From: Mobula hypostoma | Taxonomy: Eukaryota | Assembly: GCF_963921235.1 (NCBI RefSeq) | Contig: NC_086097.1 | Location: forward strand, 68,696,001-68,760,000 | Reading direction: 5' to 3' | DNA length: 64,000 nucleotides | Part shown: piece by piece, positions 23,403 through 36,413 of the stretch | Layout of the letters: every line of letters starts with the position of its first letter | Position numbering within the stretch: position 1 is the stretch's first letter | The notes under the pieces: generated by a model | Databases searched by the model: none | What the model was told of the DNA's origin: nothing | Seen by the model: the letters and a program-made list of their open reading frames with translations, nothing else | Made by a program: the position numbers and the translations under genes

Positions 23403-26400
23403 TCAAGGTTGCATATTATATACATACTTAGATATTAAATTTACATTGAACTTTGATAATGAGTTCTTCCAACAAATTGTTTGTCGTTCCTTATTAGTGT
23501 ATAGTACATTGTAGGACCAAACTGGTACCAAAGATAGACAAGTTATCAATTACTAATATAATTCCTTAACAAATAGTCCAAAAACACTTTTGTGTTAATT
23601 TGGCAATATTTTGTTAAATTTTTGATTGTTGATATCCCCCATTCCCCACTCCCAACCCCAACACAAATAAATTATGCCAGAAGCACTTATTGTTTGGAAC
23701 TATTGTTTGGCAGTGGATCATTGGATTTCTCTTATTCATTAGTTAGGTACCTCCTCAAGAAAGTCAAATTTGGGCATCAATTTAACTAATCTAAAATATT
23801 ATTGTGATTCCATTTGCAATTATATCACTTTCTTTACACTTTGCTGAAGCCAGCTATACTTTTGAAGTCAATTACAAAATGGTAATTTTCACACTGTAGC
23901 AAATAAATTATTTTTGTTCTAAATTTGGAAACCATTATTGTTGGCAATGAAGTGACTATCAACATGTAATAGCCATGTCAGTTTAAACAAAATGAAAAAA
24001 TCTTGAAGATTTGGTATAATTACTTTCAAATAAATACTGTTATTTAGAAACATACACTGGATATTAATAGAGTATAATTTATTTTTGTGTCATGTTTTAT
24101 AGAATTATTTTGATACAAATCTGACTGGTATAATTACATTGTTTATAATCTTATTGAAAACAATGATTGGAGAAAAATGAAAATGCTTTGAACTTTCTAT
24201 TTCGTTCTATACTTTTATACAAAAATTAAATAATCAATTTTCAATGATCACTTTAAAGTGTAATTTGTTGCACCAAATGATGGAATGATATAGAAAATGG
24301 ATTAAATTCAGTTTTAGAGAATCAGTACCTTAGTGGTTTAGAAGTGAAGGCAAAACTGATCAGAAATCTGTTTGTCAATTATCTGCTATTAATTTGATTC
24401 ATGAATGATTGGTATAACATATCATCATTTGAGAAGGCAATTTTGTTGCTTAGATATTTAATTTACCAATAGAATCCATAAATCATGTGTTCAATTTTTT
24501 ACATAAACATGATTACTTTTAACTCATAAATTTTACTATTCATATTTATATTTATGGGTGTATTAGAAAATAAGCTGGATAATTTAAAATACATTTTGTG
24601 GTAACTGTGTGGAGTTTTCATTTTCAAGATCATTTCTGAAAAAAAGAATAGTCTCTAAATACCTATTGACTAACAGTGTTGCAACAACAAGCAGAAAAAC
24701 ACCATTCCTTAATTTACCCAATATTATGTGCTATAACTCAAACATTCTATTGTTTAAGAATTCAAAAGTTCAATTAATTTATGTATCAATCAATGGATTT
24801 GAATTATTGACTGACTGATTCATTCATTGATGCTGAATAAACACCAAGAATGCTGTATGAGGAATAAGTAGTGAAGAAGTTATTCTATCAAGAGTTTAAT
24901 TGTGATGATAATGCAGATATCAACTATTGGCACTATCATTACAAATACTAGGAAGATATGAATGCTATCTTTTTGAATTAAGCTCCACTATAAGCTTAAA
25001 TTGATAGTGAGTATAATTTTCTACACATGATTCAGATCTAAGGAATCTGCCAATCAATATCATGCAAAAGATCCGTTATACCATTAGATTGATGTATGAC
25101 ACACTTTGTAAGTTGTAAAAACACCTTTTATGATGAAAAATAATAATTTTTTGCCCATTTTAAAGTCCTTTCGTGCTGTCCAAACAATTTTAGACTGATT
25201 TTCAACTTCAAACTCTTTGATATGTAGTTTTTCTTTTCCTCTCTGTAGGTATACCCCTTTGTGATCAATTTATTTTAATTGTCATATGTTTTATTTTGCA
25301 CATCCATATTAAACATTACTTGTTGGTTATTAAGTCAATTTCAAATCTGCCAGACCTTATGGACATTTCTTTCTGCTGTTACATATTATTTTGTTTGAAT
25401 TTATGCTGTCTGGACATCTATGCTCTTTTTAAAGATGCTTTTCATCTTTTTTGACTTAGGTTTTGAAAAAAACATGATACATAAAATTCATCATTAATGA
25501 TTCTATCCTGGAAATTCCTAATGACAGGTAAACAGATGAATGTACACAGAGGAACTTGATATATGTGTGCAGGTGAAAGGAATAGAAAGATTTGTTAATG
25601 GGATACATTACGTAAGGTAGGAGAAAGCTCATATGAAGTTGAAAACTCAACCCATATAGTCTGCCCTTTCTTACAGTACTGTATTGTATAAATTAAATCC
25701 TTTATTTTTTCCACATTTCTTTGCTATAACGATAGAGCTTTAAGATTGTTTGCAAAAGCTTTTGTTTTAAATATTCCCAGGCACCAACTATTTTTTCAAA
25801 TGATATTTTCAGAGCTTTTTCACAAGTTAGTATTTAACTTCTTCAGCATGTTATATAGGGTATTTCTGAAATGTACAATGCCAATTGACATTTTATTTTT
25901 GCTTTCTCAGTACATTCTATGGGTGGAGTGTAAAATACTTCTGCAAAGCATTTTGCAAAGAGAACTTGTTGGTTCAATATTGCAGTTCCAGGTTATGAAA
26001 TTAATTTTCATTTGAATTAAAAATTCACTACTTTAATTTCAAAATATTGCATGAATCTTAAATCAAATGCTAATTTCCACAGAAAACCAAACCCTAACTA
26101 AAATTAAATAGTTAATCATAATCAGTTTATCTTTATCTGTTCAGTCATCCAGATTAAATATTCAAGAGTGACGGATAGGCAACTTTCACCAATTAATATT
26201 GCCAGGTATGGGTAACCTGATAGCTGAGTATACCTTTGTATCTGGTTCTGTGGGATCTGAGGAACTCCAGATTCTTTCTCAGAAGGTGGGTGGCTTAATC
26301 CTGTGGGTCCTTCTGAGTTAACCAGAGAGATCTTCTCCAGCTAAAAAGGACCTAGTCGAGAATGACGTGATAAAACTTTTGGTAGTAAATTTAAGTTCAC

Positions 26401-26684
26401 CCATGCCATACCCACTCAACTGAATGAATTAAAACTTCTTGCTCTAATTCCAATGTTAACACTGATCCTTAGTGAAATGTAAAGCCCAAGAACATTGGAG
26501 ATGTCACATCATTGTTGTATAAAATGGCTTTTCAGCTTTATGAGAATTTGGCAGGTAATGTCATATCAATCTTAGTTGTTTCATGATTTTTATGTTCCTG
26601 CGCAAGATTGTTGCTATAAACTGTAATGTAATATTTTAAACTATGCAGGAAATTTGTCTCTGAAAACCAATAACTCAGTCCATT

Positions 26685-27835
26685 TTGTTGTCTGATAAAT
26701 TAATTTTTATTTGCCAACATTAATTTAACTTTAACCCATGCAATCTATCAGCTTAAGGCTTAATATTTTCCACATCACTGGACGCATTAACACAATACAA
26801 GAAAGCATTGTATATCATTGTACATGAACATTAGCATTTTCTTGTACATATGTACAGAAATTGTACACACAGCATAACCTTGCTATCACATCTCTTTAAG
26901 CCAGCTTTTTAACTGGGAAAAGCCGCTTCTTAACAAAAGGTATCTGAAATACAGCAAGGCACACATTGTTAAAACATTTCTTTTCTTCCCCTTCTTAAGA
27001 AGCAGAAATAATAAAACTGACTGTGTATTGAAATGAAATACATATAATTGCAATGTACAGCACAGTAACATTGTTTTATAAGTTCCAGGGTTGCATAGAT
27101 TGGATCTATGTATTCTATACATTATATTAATTACATAAAAATAAATCAAGGTGTGATAGTTGAGATTCAACATAGAGTTCAAACTAATTCCTGTTATAAA
27201 TATTATGCTACCTGCCATCTATTAAGTTCAAATAATATTCATGGCTCCTCTTGGAATTAGCACATTTAACATAATGAGGCCCACTTTCTGTGAAGGTGTT
27301 TGTTCCCTACAGGTTCTCCCCTAAAATCCAACCATTACTCCTATATGTTAATTGGTGTCATGGCATGACATGAATTGACACAAAATTATAAATCCCCATA
27401 CCTTTCCAAATGCTGTGGTTTCCCATTTAATATCAAAAAGTACCTACACCAAGAGAATGAGGACATTTATAAGCTGTATATCAGAATGGAGGAGGTCCTT
27501 GGAGGTAGCTTAGGACAAGAATCCATGAAGAAGAATAATGATGGATGTTGCTGCAATCTGTTGGTATTACCAACAAGGGAGTAACAGCAACTGCCGTACA
27601 AAAGATCAGCAAAAGCAACCAGATTACCACACCTGCATGAAAAACTCGCATTTGGAAGGAGCTTGTCTTCAAGATCAGTGAGGAAGAGGATGGTTCAGTT
27701 AGATTAGATGTTACCTTGAGAATAGTTGGGCAAAAATGGAGCAAAGATACGGCCAGATTTCTGGAGGGAAAAAAAGAGGCAAATAAATGTTTAGTCAGCA
27801 GCAAAACAATAGAAATGCTTCCTTCGGTCAACATT
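26685..27835 (-). other. AKAP6: Putative AKAP6 terminal (3'UTR) exon
   Basis: Candidate acceptor CTTTGCCTATTTAG near 27836; repeat-free AU-rich sequence; Pumilio site TGTACATA at 26856-26849; AATAAA at 26711-26706 followed by a GT/T-rich element. Confidence 0.4.
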
Positions 27836-29400
27836 CTAAATAGGCAAAGTTATAGCTCCTTAATAAAAACACAAGATTATTAATTAGAATTGGAATTTTA
27901 ATTGGACAGACTACTGAGCTGTTCTTGAACATTGACATCAAATAAAAATGTTTTCAAGTACAAAATATTTCTGTCAGCCACCAAAAATCTAATTACTATA
28001 ACAGTTGTACAGTAAATTAAATTACAATGGCATTAAATCATTGTTAAGCTTTCATAAATTTTTAATAATATCTTCACCAGAGGAGGTAAACTATGATGAG
28101 TGACCTTTCTTTCCTTGCTTCATCCTCAGCTGTGATCTCAAATATGCAGACAACACCCTCAGGTACATATGTCAATATGCAAACAACATTGATTGAAGCA
28201 AAGCCCTGTGATAATGGATACATAAAGCAGCAATTGTTGGGCTTCACATGAATATAAAAACCTGAAGTCATGGCTATCCATAATGCAAAGAGGTGAAATG
28301 CTACAGCCAAAAATATTCACTCTAGATATCCTTAAACCTAATTCATTCTACATTTATTCTGTTATACATGTTTTAAACTTCAGGTTTTTCCTATATCTAA
28401 TAGCATGAAAGCAATAACATCTGGCCAGCCATGGGGTTCGATTTTCACAGTGAAGACTCAGTCTGGGATAATTAAACCATGCAGCAAAGAGCAGGTGCTT
28501 GTGATGAGGATTATGAGGAAATGACTCTCAGAATACAGTTGAAGAGATTAACGTAATGCACATCCCTTGTACAGCTTTTAGGAGGCACTCCAGACATGCA
28601 TTTATTCACCTTCTAAATTAGGCAGAAATAACTCAGTCTAGCTAGTTACCTTTGCTTTTGATCTTGCTTTGTTGCTACTGACCTCTACATTTATACAGAA
28701 ATATGACAGGTAAAAGAAAGAGAAGAGCAGTAAGCAGTGAATTCGGAAAGTAACGAATGATCTGGGAAGTCAAAAGCAATAGTATTTAGTTCAGTACATT
28801 AGCTCTATCTTTTCAAAATAATTTTTCCAAAGGCACTTACTGATAAATGGAGTTTGAACTAATAAATCTCAAGTCAAAGGTACAGTATTATAAAGCATAC
28901 TCAGTTTGATGTCAAACAATTCCTGGGGAGAACTATTGAAGTATTTTGTTTTCTGTTGATTATTAGTACCTTTTCAGACAATTGAAATGAAAAAAACTGG
29001 TTATTATGCAGCAGACTTAAGTAATTGCTGATAGTTCATGCCAGTTTATGGGATAAAAGGCAAGTGACTGATGAGTTTTATGTTGCAGCCCCAGAAACCT
29101 TCAAACTGAAATGCACTAAGGGCAGCTGCGGAGGAAGCAAGCCTGTCAGGAAACAGGAGCAATGGACATTTTGTACAAGCAGAGTAATCTTTCTATTTTG
29201 CAAAAGGATCCAAACTGACTGAGGGTAGATCACAATCCAACAATCTCAAAATATCTTGAATCTTTTAGATCCAGGCTTTGCAAAAGTACTGAAATGCTAT
29301 ATAGTCTTCTGTACAGAGAAAGATTTGCTGTCTAAGGGCTAGTTTAATGGATTTTAATTAGACAAATATTTGCAAAGTAAAGTATATTTAATTGACTCAC

Positions 29401-29550
29401 ATCCTATACCTTGGGTACAGATTTGGCAGCATGAGAATCACTTAGAAGTTCACTGTGGTGGGATACATAAGCTGCAGGTTTGGTTTCAATGGTTTTATAG
29501 TTTTGCTCTTTCCTGAGATTCTGTTTTACATGTTTTTGTGAATTAGAGAT
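29401..29550 (-). CDS. AKAP6: Putative additional AKAP6 coding exon, ISNSQKHVKQNLRKEQNYKTIETKPAAYVSHHSELLSDSHAAKSVPKV* (stop 29406-29404)
   Basis: Acceptor GTGTTTTTTTTTATTTACAG; 48 open codons in phase 0, matching the phase-0 donor at 36414; donor GAT|GTGAGT 3 nt after the stop (alternative AAG|GTATAG at 29410). Confidence 0.6.
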
Positions 29551-30189
29551 CTGTAAATAAAAAAAAACACTTCAGTTATTAGCAGTTTTTGTTCAACTTC
29601 CATTTCCATCAAATTAAGTATAAAATGTAGCATATGATTAAGCCATGTCACATTAAGACCATCATAATAAATCTCTGCATTTAATGTAGTCTTTGCCTAA
29701 CTTCTTGAAATTTCAGATGTCATAGACAGTACTGTGAATATCAACATATGATTATCAAGTTGAATTATTTTCACTATGTGAAAATACCTTATATTTACTC
29801 ATTTAAAAAATTGCATAGAGATTATAACTAGACTGGTCATGAACATTCTTTGTGAGCAAATGTGGAGTTTTACTGTTACATGTTCCTTATCAGTATTGAA
29901 AGAACTGATCAGCTGAGGGAAAAACAGTAATACACTGCTAACTGCTGCAAATTTCAATTTTGTATAGGATATTACTTGTTTTTATTAAATGAGACAGCTC
30001 ATTAAAACAAATCCACTGGTAAAATACTGAGTTTCAGGCACATTTTCCCAATTATATTAACAATGTCTGATTATCATTTCAAATGTGTTAATTTAGATCG
30101 ATCTCCATGAAATTACTTGCAAAACACCACCAGATACAATTGGACATCCCAAAGATTTATCCTTCCAACAAGCACTAACATATTTATAG

Positions 30190-31385
30190 TTTTTAATACC
30201 ATCATCCTCTCAAAACTAATCAGTAAACTCCAAGATCTGGGCCTCAATACTCCCTTGTGCAATTGGATCCTGGATTTCCTCACTTGCAGACCCCAGTCAG
30301 TTTGGATTGGCAAAAAACGTCTCCTCCACAATCTCCATCAGCACAGGAGCACCTCAGGGATGTGTGGTCAGCCCTCTGCTCTACTTGCTTCACACCTATG
30401 ACTGTGTGCTAAGTACACCTCCAACAGCATATACAAGTTTGCTGATGACACCACTGTTGTGGGCTGTATCAAAGGTGGTAATGAATCAGCATACAGGAGG
30501 GAGATTGAAAATTTGGCTGAGTGCTGTAATAACAACAAACTCTCACTCAACGTCAGTAAGAATAAGGAATTGATTGTAGACCTCAGGAGAGGGAAAGCAG
30601 AGGTCCATGAGCCAGTAATCATCAAAGGATCAGAGCCAGAGAGGGTCAATAACTTCAAATTCCTGGGTGTCACTAAGTCAGAGAATCTATCCTGAACCCA
30701 TCATATAAATGTACTTGCAAAGAAAGCACAACAGAGCTTCTACTTCCTCAGGAGTCTGCGGAGATTCCGCATGTCATCAAAAACCTTGGCAAACTTCTAT
30801 AGAAGTGTGGTGGAAAGTGTGCCGACTGGCTGCATTATGGCCTGGTACAGAAACACCAATGCCTTTGAGCGGAAAATCCTTCAAAAGGTAATGGATTCAG
30901 CCCAGTACAACAAACTTAAAGCCCTCCCAACCATTGAGCACATTCACATGAAACGTTGTCGTAGAAAAGCAGCATCCGTCATCAAAGATCCTCACCACCC
31001 AGGCCATGCTCTTTATCTCTCACTGCTGCCATCTGACAGAAGGTACAAATGCCTCAGGACTCGCTGCACCAAGTTCGAGAACAGTTACTACCCCTCAACC
31101 ACTAGGCTCTTGAAGTAGAGTGGATAACTACACTCATTCTACTTCTGCTATTCCCATAACTGATGGTCTCATTTTAAGGACTCTTTACCTTGTTATTTCA
31201 TGCTCGTTATTTATTGCTATTTATTTATATTTCCATTTGCTCTGTTTGTTGTTCATTGATCCTGCTTACAGTTACTGTTCTATAAATTTGCTAAGTATGC
31301 CGATTTGCTAAGTATGCCTACAAAAGAAGAATTTCGGGGTTGTATGTAGTGACATGCATGCTGTCTGATAACAAACTGAACTTTT
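30190..31385 (+). mobile_element. 5'-truncated Rex1-like LINE
   Basis: [54 protein letters not shown]; 3' tail AAACTGAACTTT. Confidence 0.92.
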
Positions 31386-31514
31386 AAAGGAAACAGAGAT
31401 CAGCACTGTGAAGAAAAGGGATCTGGCATTTAGGTTTTTTTTGCCTTTTGTAATAACTTTACAGGTTATGATTATTGCTCACAATTCCAGAATTTACTGC
31501 CATACTCTTGAACA

Positions 31515-34475
31515 AAGAACATAGATCATTATAGCACAGTACAGTACCTTTGGCCCTTGACATTTTGTGGACCTTCTAACCTACTCTAAGATCAATTTAA
31601 TCCTTTCCTCCTACATAGCCCTCCATTTTTATCTCATCCGTGTATCTATCTAAGAGTTTCTTTAATGTCCCTATTGTATCTGCCGCTATCACCAGCCCTA
31701 GCAGGGTGTTCCATACACCTACCACTCTGAGTGTAAAAAAAAGTACCTCTGATATCCCCCCTCTACTTCCCTCCATTAAGAAAATTAAACCTTTACTTCA
31801 ATTAAATCTCCCCTTATTCTCCTAAACTCCAAGAAATAAAATCCTCATTTATTTGACCTTTCCCTGTAACTTGGGTTCTCAAGTTCCAGTTACATCCTTG
31901 TAAATTTTCTTTATACTCTTTCAATTTTATTGGTATCCTTCCAATAGGTAGGTGACCAGATCTGCACACAATGCTCCATATTTGTTCTCATCAGTGTCTT
32001 GTACATCTTCCAAATAACATCCCAACTCCTGTATTCAATACTTTGATTTATGAAGCCCAATGTGCCAAGAACTCTCTTTATGACTCTATGTACTCGTGAG
32101 GCCACTTTCAAGGAACTAAATTCCCATATCCCTCTGTTCTACTTCACTTCTCAGTGCCCTACCACTCACTGTATAAGCCCTACTCTTGTTTATCTTCCCA
32201 AGTGCAGCACCCCACACTTGTCTGCATTCAATTCCATCTGCTATTTTCAGCCCATTTTTCCATCTAGTCTAGATCACACTGCAAGCTTTGACAACCTTCC
32301 TCACTGTCCAGGACATCTCCAATCTGCAAATTTGCTGACTTGTTTACCTTATTATCATCCATATAGAGAACAAACAACAACAGACCCAGCACCGATCCTT
32401 GTCACAGGTCTCCAATCGGAGAGCCAATCATCTACTTACACTCCTTGGCTTCTCCTCTGAAGCTAATGTTGAATCCAATTTACTACCTCATCCTGAAAGC
32501 CAGGTGATTGAACCTTTTTGACCAACCTCCTGTGGAGGACCTTGTCAAAGGCATTGCTAAATTCCATGTAGACAACATCTATTTCCTGTCAGTTTGATTA
32601 GACACAACCTACTAAGCACAAGGCCATTTTGACTATCCCTCATCAGGCCCAGTCTATCCAAATACTTATAATATCCCTCAGAATATCTTCCAATAATTTA
32701 CCCACTATTGATGTCAAACACACTGTCACTGGCCTATAGTTGCCTATCTTATTTTTAGAGCATTTCTTGAACAAGAGAACAACATTAGCTATCCTCCAAT
32801 CCTTCAGCAATTCATCTATGGCTAAAGACATATTAAATACCTCTGCCAGTGCACCTGCAATTTCTGAACTGGCCTCCTGCAAGATCTGAAAGAACACTTT
32901 GTCAGGCTGTAGGGACTTAGTCATGCTAATTATCTTAAAGCAGCAAGCACCTCCTCTTCTCTGATCTGTATATGTTCAATGACCTTATACGTTTTTGCTT
33001 CAGTTCTATAGACTCTGTGTCTGTTTTCCAAGTAAATTTGGATGCAAAAAATCCATTTAAGATCTCCCCCATCTCTTTCAGCTCCATGCATAGATGACCA
33101 CACTGACCTTCAAGTGGACCAATTTTGTTTCTTGCTATCCTTTTGCTCTTAATGTATCTATAGAATTCTTGGGATGCTCCTTCAGTTTGTTTTCCATAGC
33201 CAACTCATGCCTTTTAGCCCTCCTGATGTCTCTCTTAAGTGTTCTCTTGTATTTCTTATACTTCTCAGGTAAGTCATTTGATCGTTTCGGCCTATACCTG
33301 TCATGGACCTTTTTTTTCAGCCAGAACCCCAATTGCTTGAAAATGAAGTTTCCCTGTAGCTGTTTGCCTTGCCCTTTATTCTGACAGGAAGATATAAAGT
33401 CTGTACTCTTAATATTTTACTTTTGAAGGCCTCCCATTTACCAGGCAACCATTTGTTAGAAAACAAACTTTTACAGTCCACACTCGCTGATCCTTTCTGA
33501 TGACATCAAAATTGGCCTTTCTCCAATTTAGAGTCTCAATCCAAGGATCAGTCCTATCCTTCTCCATAATTATCTTGAAACTAATGGAATTATGATCACT
33601 AGGTCCTAAGTGTAGCACCTACACACACATCTGTCACCTGCCCTGTCTCCTGCCCTAATAGGAGATCCAGGATCACACTCTCACCAGTTGGAACTTCTAT
33701 ATATTGATTAAGGAAACTTTTCTAAACACATTTGTCCAACCTTATCCCATCTGGCCCTTTTACAGTATAGAAATGCCAGTCAATATGTGGAGAGTTAAAA
33801 TCAAGTACTATCACAACCTTATTTACCTTGCAGCTGTCTGCCATCTCTCTGCAAATGTGCTCCTCTAAATCCTGCTGACTATTCGGTGGCCCATAATATA
33901 ATCCTATTAACCTTTCTATCATGCATTTCTTATTTCTCAGTTCCACCTATATTTGCTCAGTAGACAAGCCCTCCAATCTGTCCTGCCTTAGCCCTGCCAT
34001 GGCATTTTCCCCAACTAGTAATGCCACCTCTCCCTCTTTAAACCCTCCCCTCTATCATGTCTAAAACAATGGAACCTGGAACACTGAGCTGCCAGTCCTG
34101 CCCGTCTGCAACTAAATCTCACTAACGACTACAATATCATAATTCTTCTTGCTGATCCATGCTCTAAGCTCACCTGCCTTCCTACAATACTCCTTGCATT
34201 GAAATAGACACTACTCAGAACATTCGTCCCACCATGCTCAATCCTTTGGTTCCTGTATTTGTTTGTAGACTGAACATCTTTCCCCACAATTACTCCATCA
34301 TTGTTCTGGCACTCTGATTCCCATCCCCCTGCAACTCTAGCTTAACAACTCTGAAGCAGTACTAACAAACCTTCCACAAGGACATTGGTTTCCCTCCATC
34401 TGAGGTGCAAACTGTCCCATCTGTACACATTCCACCTTCCCCAGAAGAGACTCCAATGATCCAAAAATCTGAACT
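31515..34475 (-). mobile_element. Decayed CR1 LINE(s): a 3' end at 31515-31770 plus a longer ORF1-end/ORF2 piece
   Basis: Minus-strand ORFs IGLYYGPPNS, GPSDHNSISF, DWRIANVVLLFKK..NYRPV, KVASRVHRV. Confidence 0.9.
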
Positions 34476-36413
34476 GAATTTAAATTCCTTGTTGACTATG
34501 ATGAAGTTTGCAGCTGGAGAATTTAACTCAGATAAATAAATAAATAGTACTTAGAGTTAATGCATAGAAATTCAAAAATATGTGCAGTATTAATATTATA
34601 CAGGTGCATGAAATACCTCAGCAAAATACTTCCCCATTTGGTATTTGAGTATCAATATTACTAGTAGAAGGAACAAGATAAAGTTTTGCATAGAACGCAA
34701 AACACCAGGAATTAATTGAAGTTATTGTAAAAACGAAATAATTAAAAAACTTAGAGATGGTTTAGGAGGGGGATGATATTCTACATAGATTTAATATCAA
34801 TCATGTTGATGCATAATTATTGATACCTGCATGCAGTTTTTAAGCTCCATTCAGTTGCAAGTATTTTCTTTGGCTTAAAAGCACCTAAACATTTGGTTAT
34901 CAAAACAGATTTTCAAGATCATCTTAACAAAGGTAAAAGCATACTTGAAGATTTCTGGTGAGGATCCACATTATTAGCTGTTTTCAATATAAAGTCACAT
35001 CTGGAGCTAACTTAGTTTTGACATCCACTTTCAACAGATCATTGTACAAATGTTTTCTGTGTGTTTCAGTGAAACAAGGGCATTTACAAAAAGATGATTT
35101 AGAAAAGAGCGCTGATGCTCACATGGAAAAATTAGGATGAAAACTCAGATTATATTACTAATAAAATAGACTAAACATTTTTCTATAAATAGTAACAAAT
35201 TAAAGCTTTCATAGATGTGTTGGGAAAGTACAGTTTGCAATTAAGAACAATTCTTAAGCACCTTTAGATAGGATTATGATGTATCTCCAAGCTTGATAAT
35301 TCAAATTATTGGACATCCTTCTAGAAAAAAACAATAATTCAGTCTTTTGCACCCTGGACAACAGTGACGTAATCTGGATAACAATTAGGTCTTAGAGGAC
35401 AGGTGCAGAGGCTGCTCCCTAAAATACTTCCAATGTGCATAGGTATCATAAATGGATGGCGGGCTTGATGGGATGAACTGATCTTTTCCTCTCTATTACT
35501 GTGAGTGAAGGTGGGGACTAAGTGTAGTGCTGGCTTATTACCAAGAGATACATATGATAGCCATTCTACATCTCCATTTTCTCAATAAACTGTATCTTTC
35601 AGGCTTGCATCCTGCTACAATTTACTGCTCTGGAGATCAACCTTCCTAGAAGCATGTGTGTCAAGACAGATTCAGTCAAATGATTTACTTTGGAAATAAG
35701 AAGAGGATAATATTGGTGGCATTGCCATACATTACACTTATGACATTTATAGGGAATTCTGGCTCCTTCTGTCCCCACTGAATAATTTCACACATTTTGA
35801 TTGCTTCCTTGTCACTGCCTGGTTAAACTAGGCAAAAGGAGACTACGTGGATCTCCTACCTCTCTTTCTAAAAATATTGTTAAAACGTCCTGATATACAT
35901 ACAATAAGTTCACTGAGCCAATTAACATGTTGGGTATGTAGTTCCTGTACTGTTGTAGTTTAATGCAGATTATAAACAAACATGCATTGCTTCTTGCAAA
36001 TGATTTTAACATCCACTAACAATTCTTCTGTGCCAGATGGCAAAAGGGAAAATTGTTCTCTTTGTCCTGGGTCATTGAGCCAGAGGTCAGACATATTAAT
36101 CACCAAAAAGACAGATAAGTGAAATTTCCAACATTAATTCAAGTGACTTGTCAGTTATTTGAAATGAATTGAAAACTCATAAATAAAGATCTGCTTTAAA
36201 TGGTTATGTTTAATTCTGTCTCCACTAAAATTGCACACTTTCAGGATGTGCTGATTTCAAAACCAGATATTCATGAAATTTTGCAAATGGCTTGGGAATA
36301 AATAAAATAGATTTTTTTAATCTATCCATTTCAAATAGAATATAGTTTCAGTCATTATACAGTAGATTGAGATACAGTAAAATTATACAGTATTAATGTA
36401 GCAAATAACCTAC

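Noticed and set aside
31286-31318. 17-bp tandem duplication
   Set aside because: Local slippage within a LINE 3'UTR.
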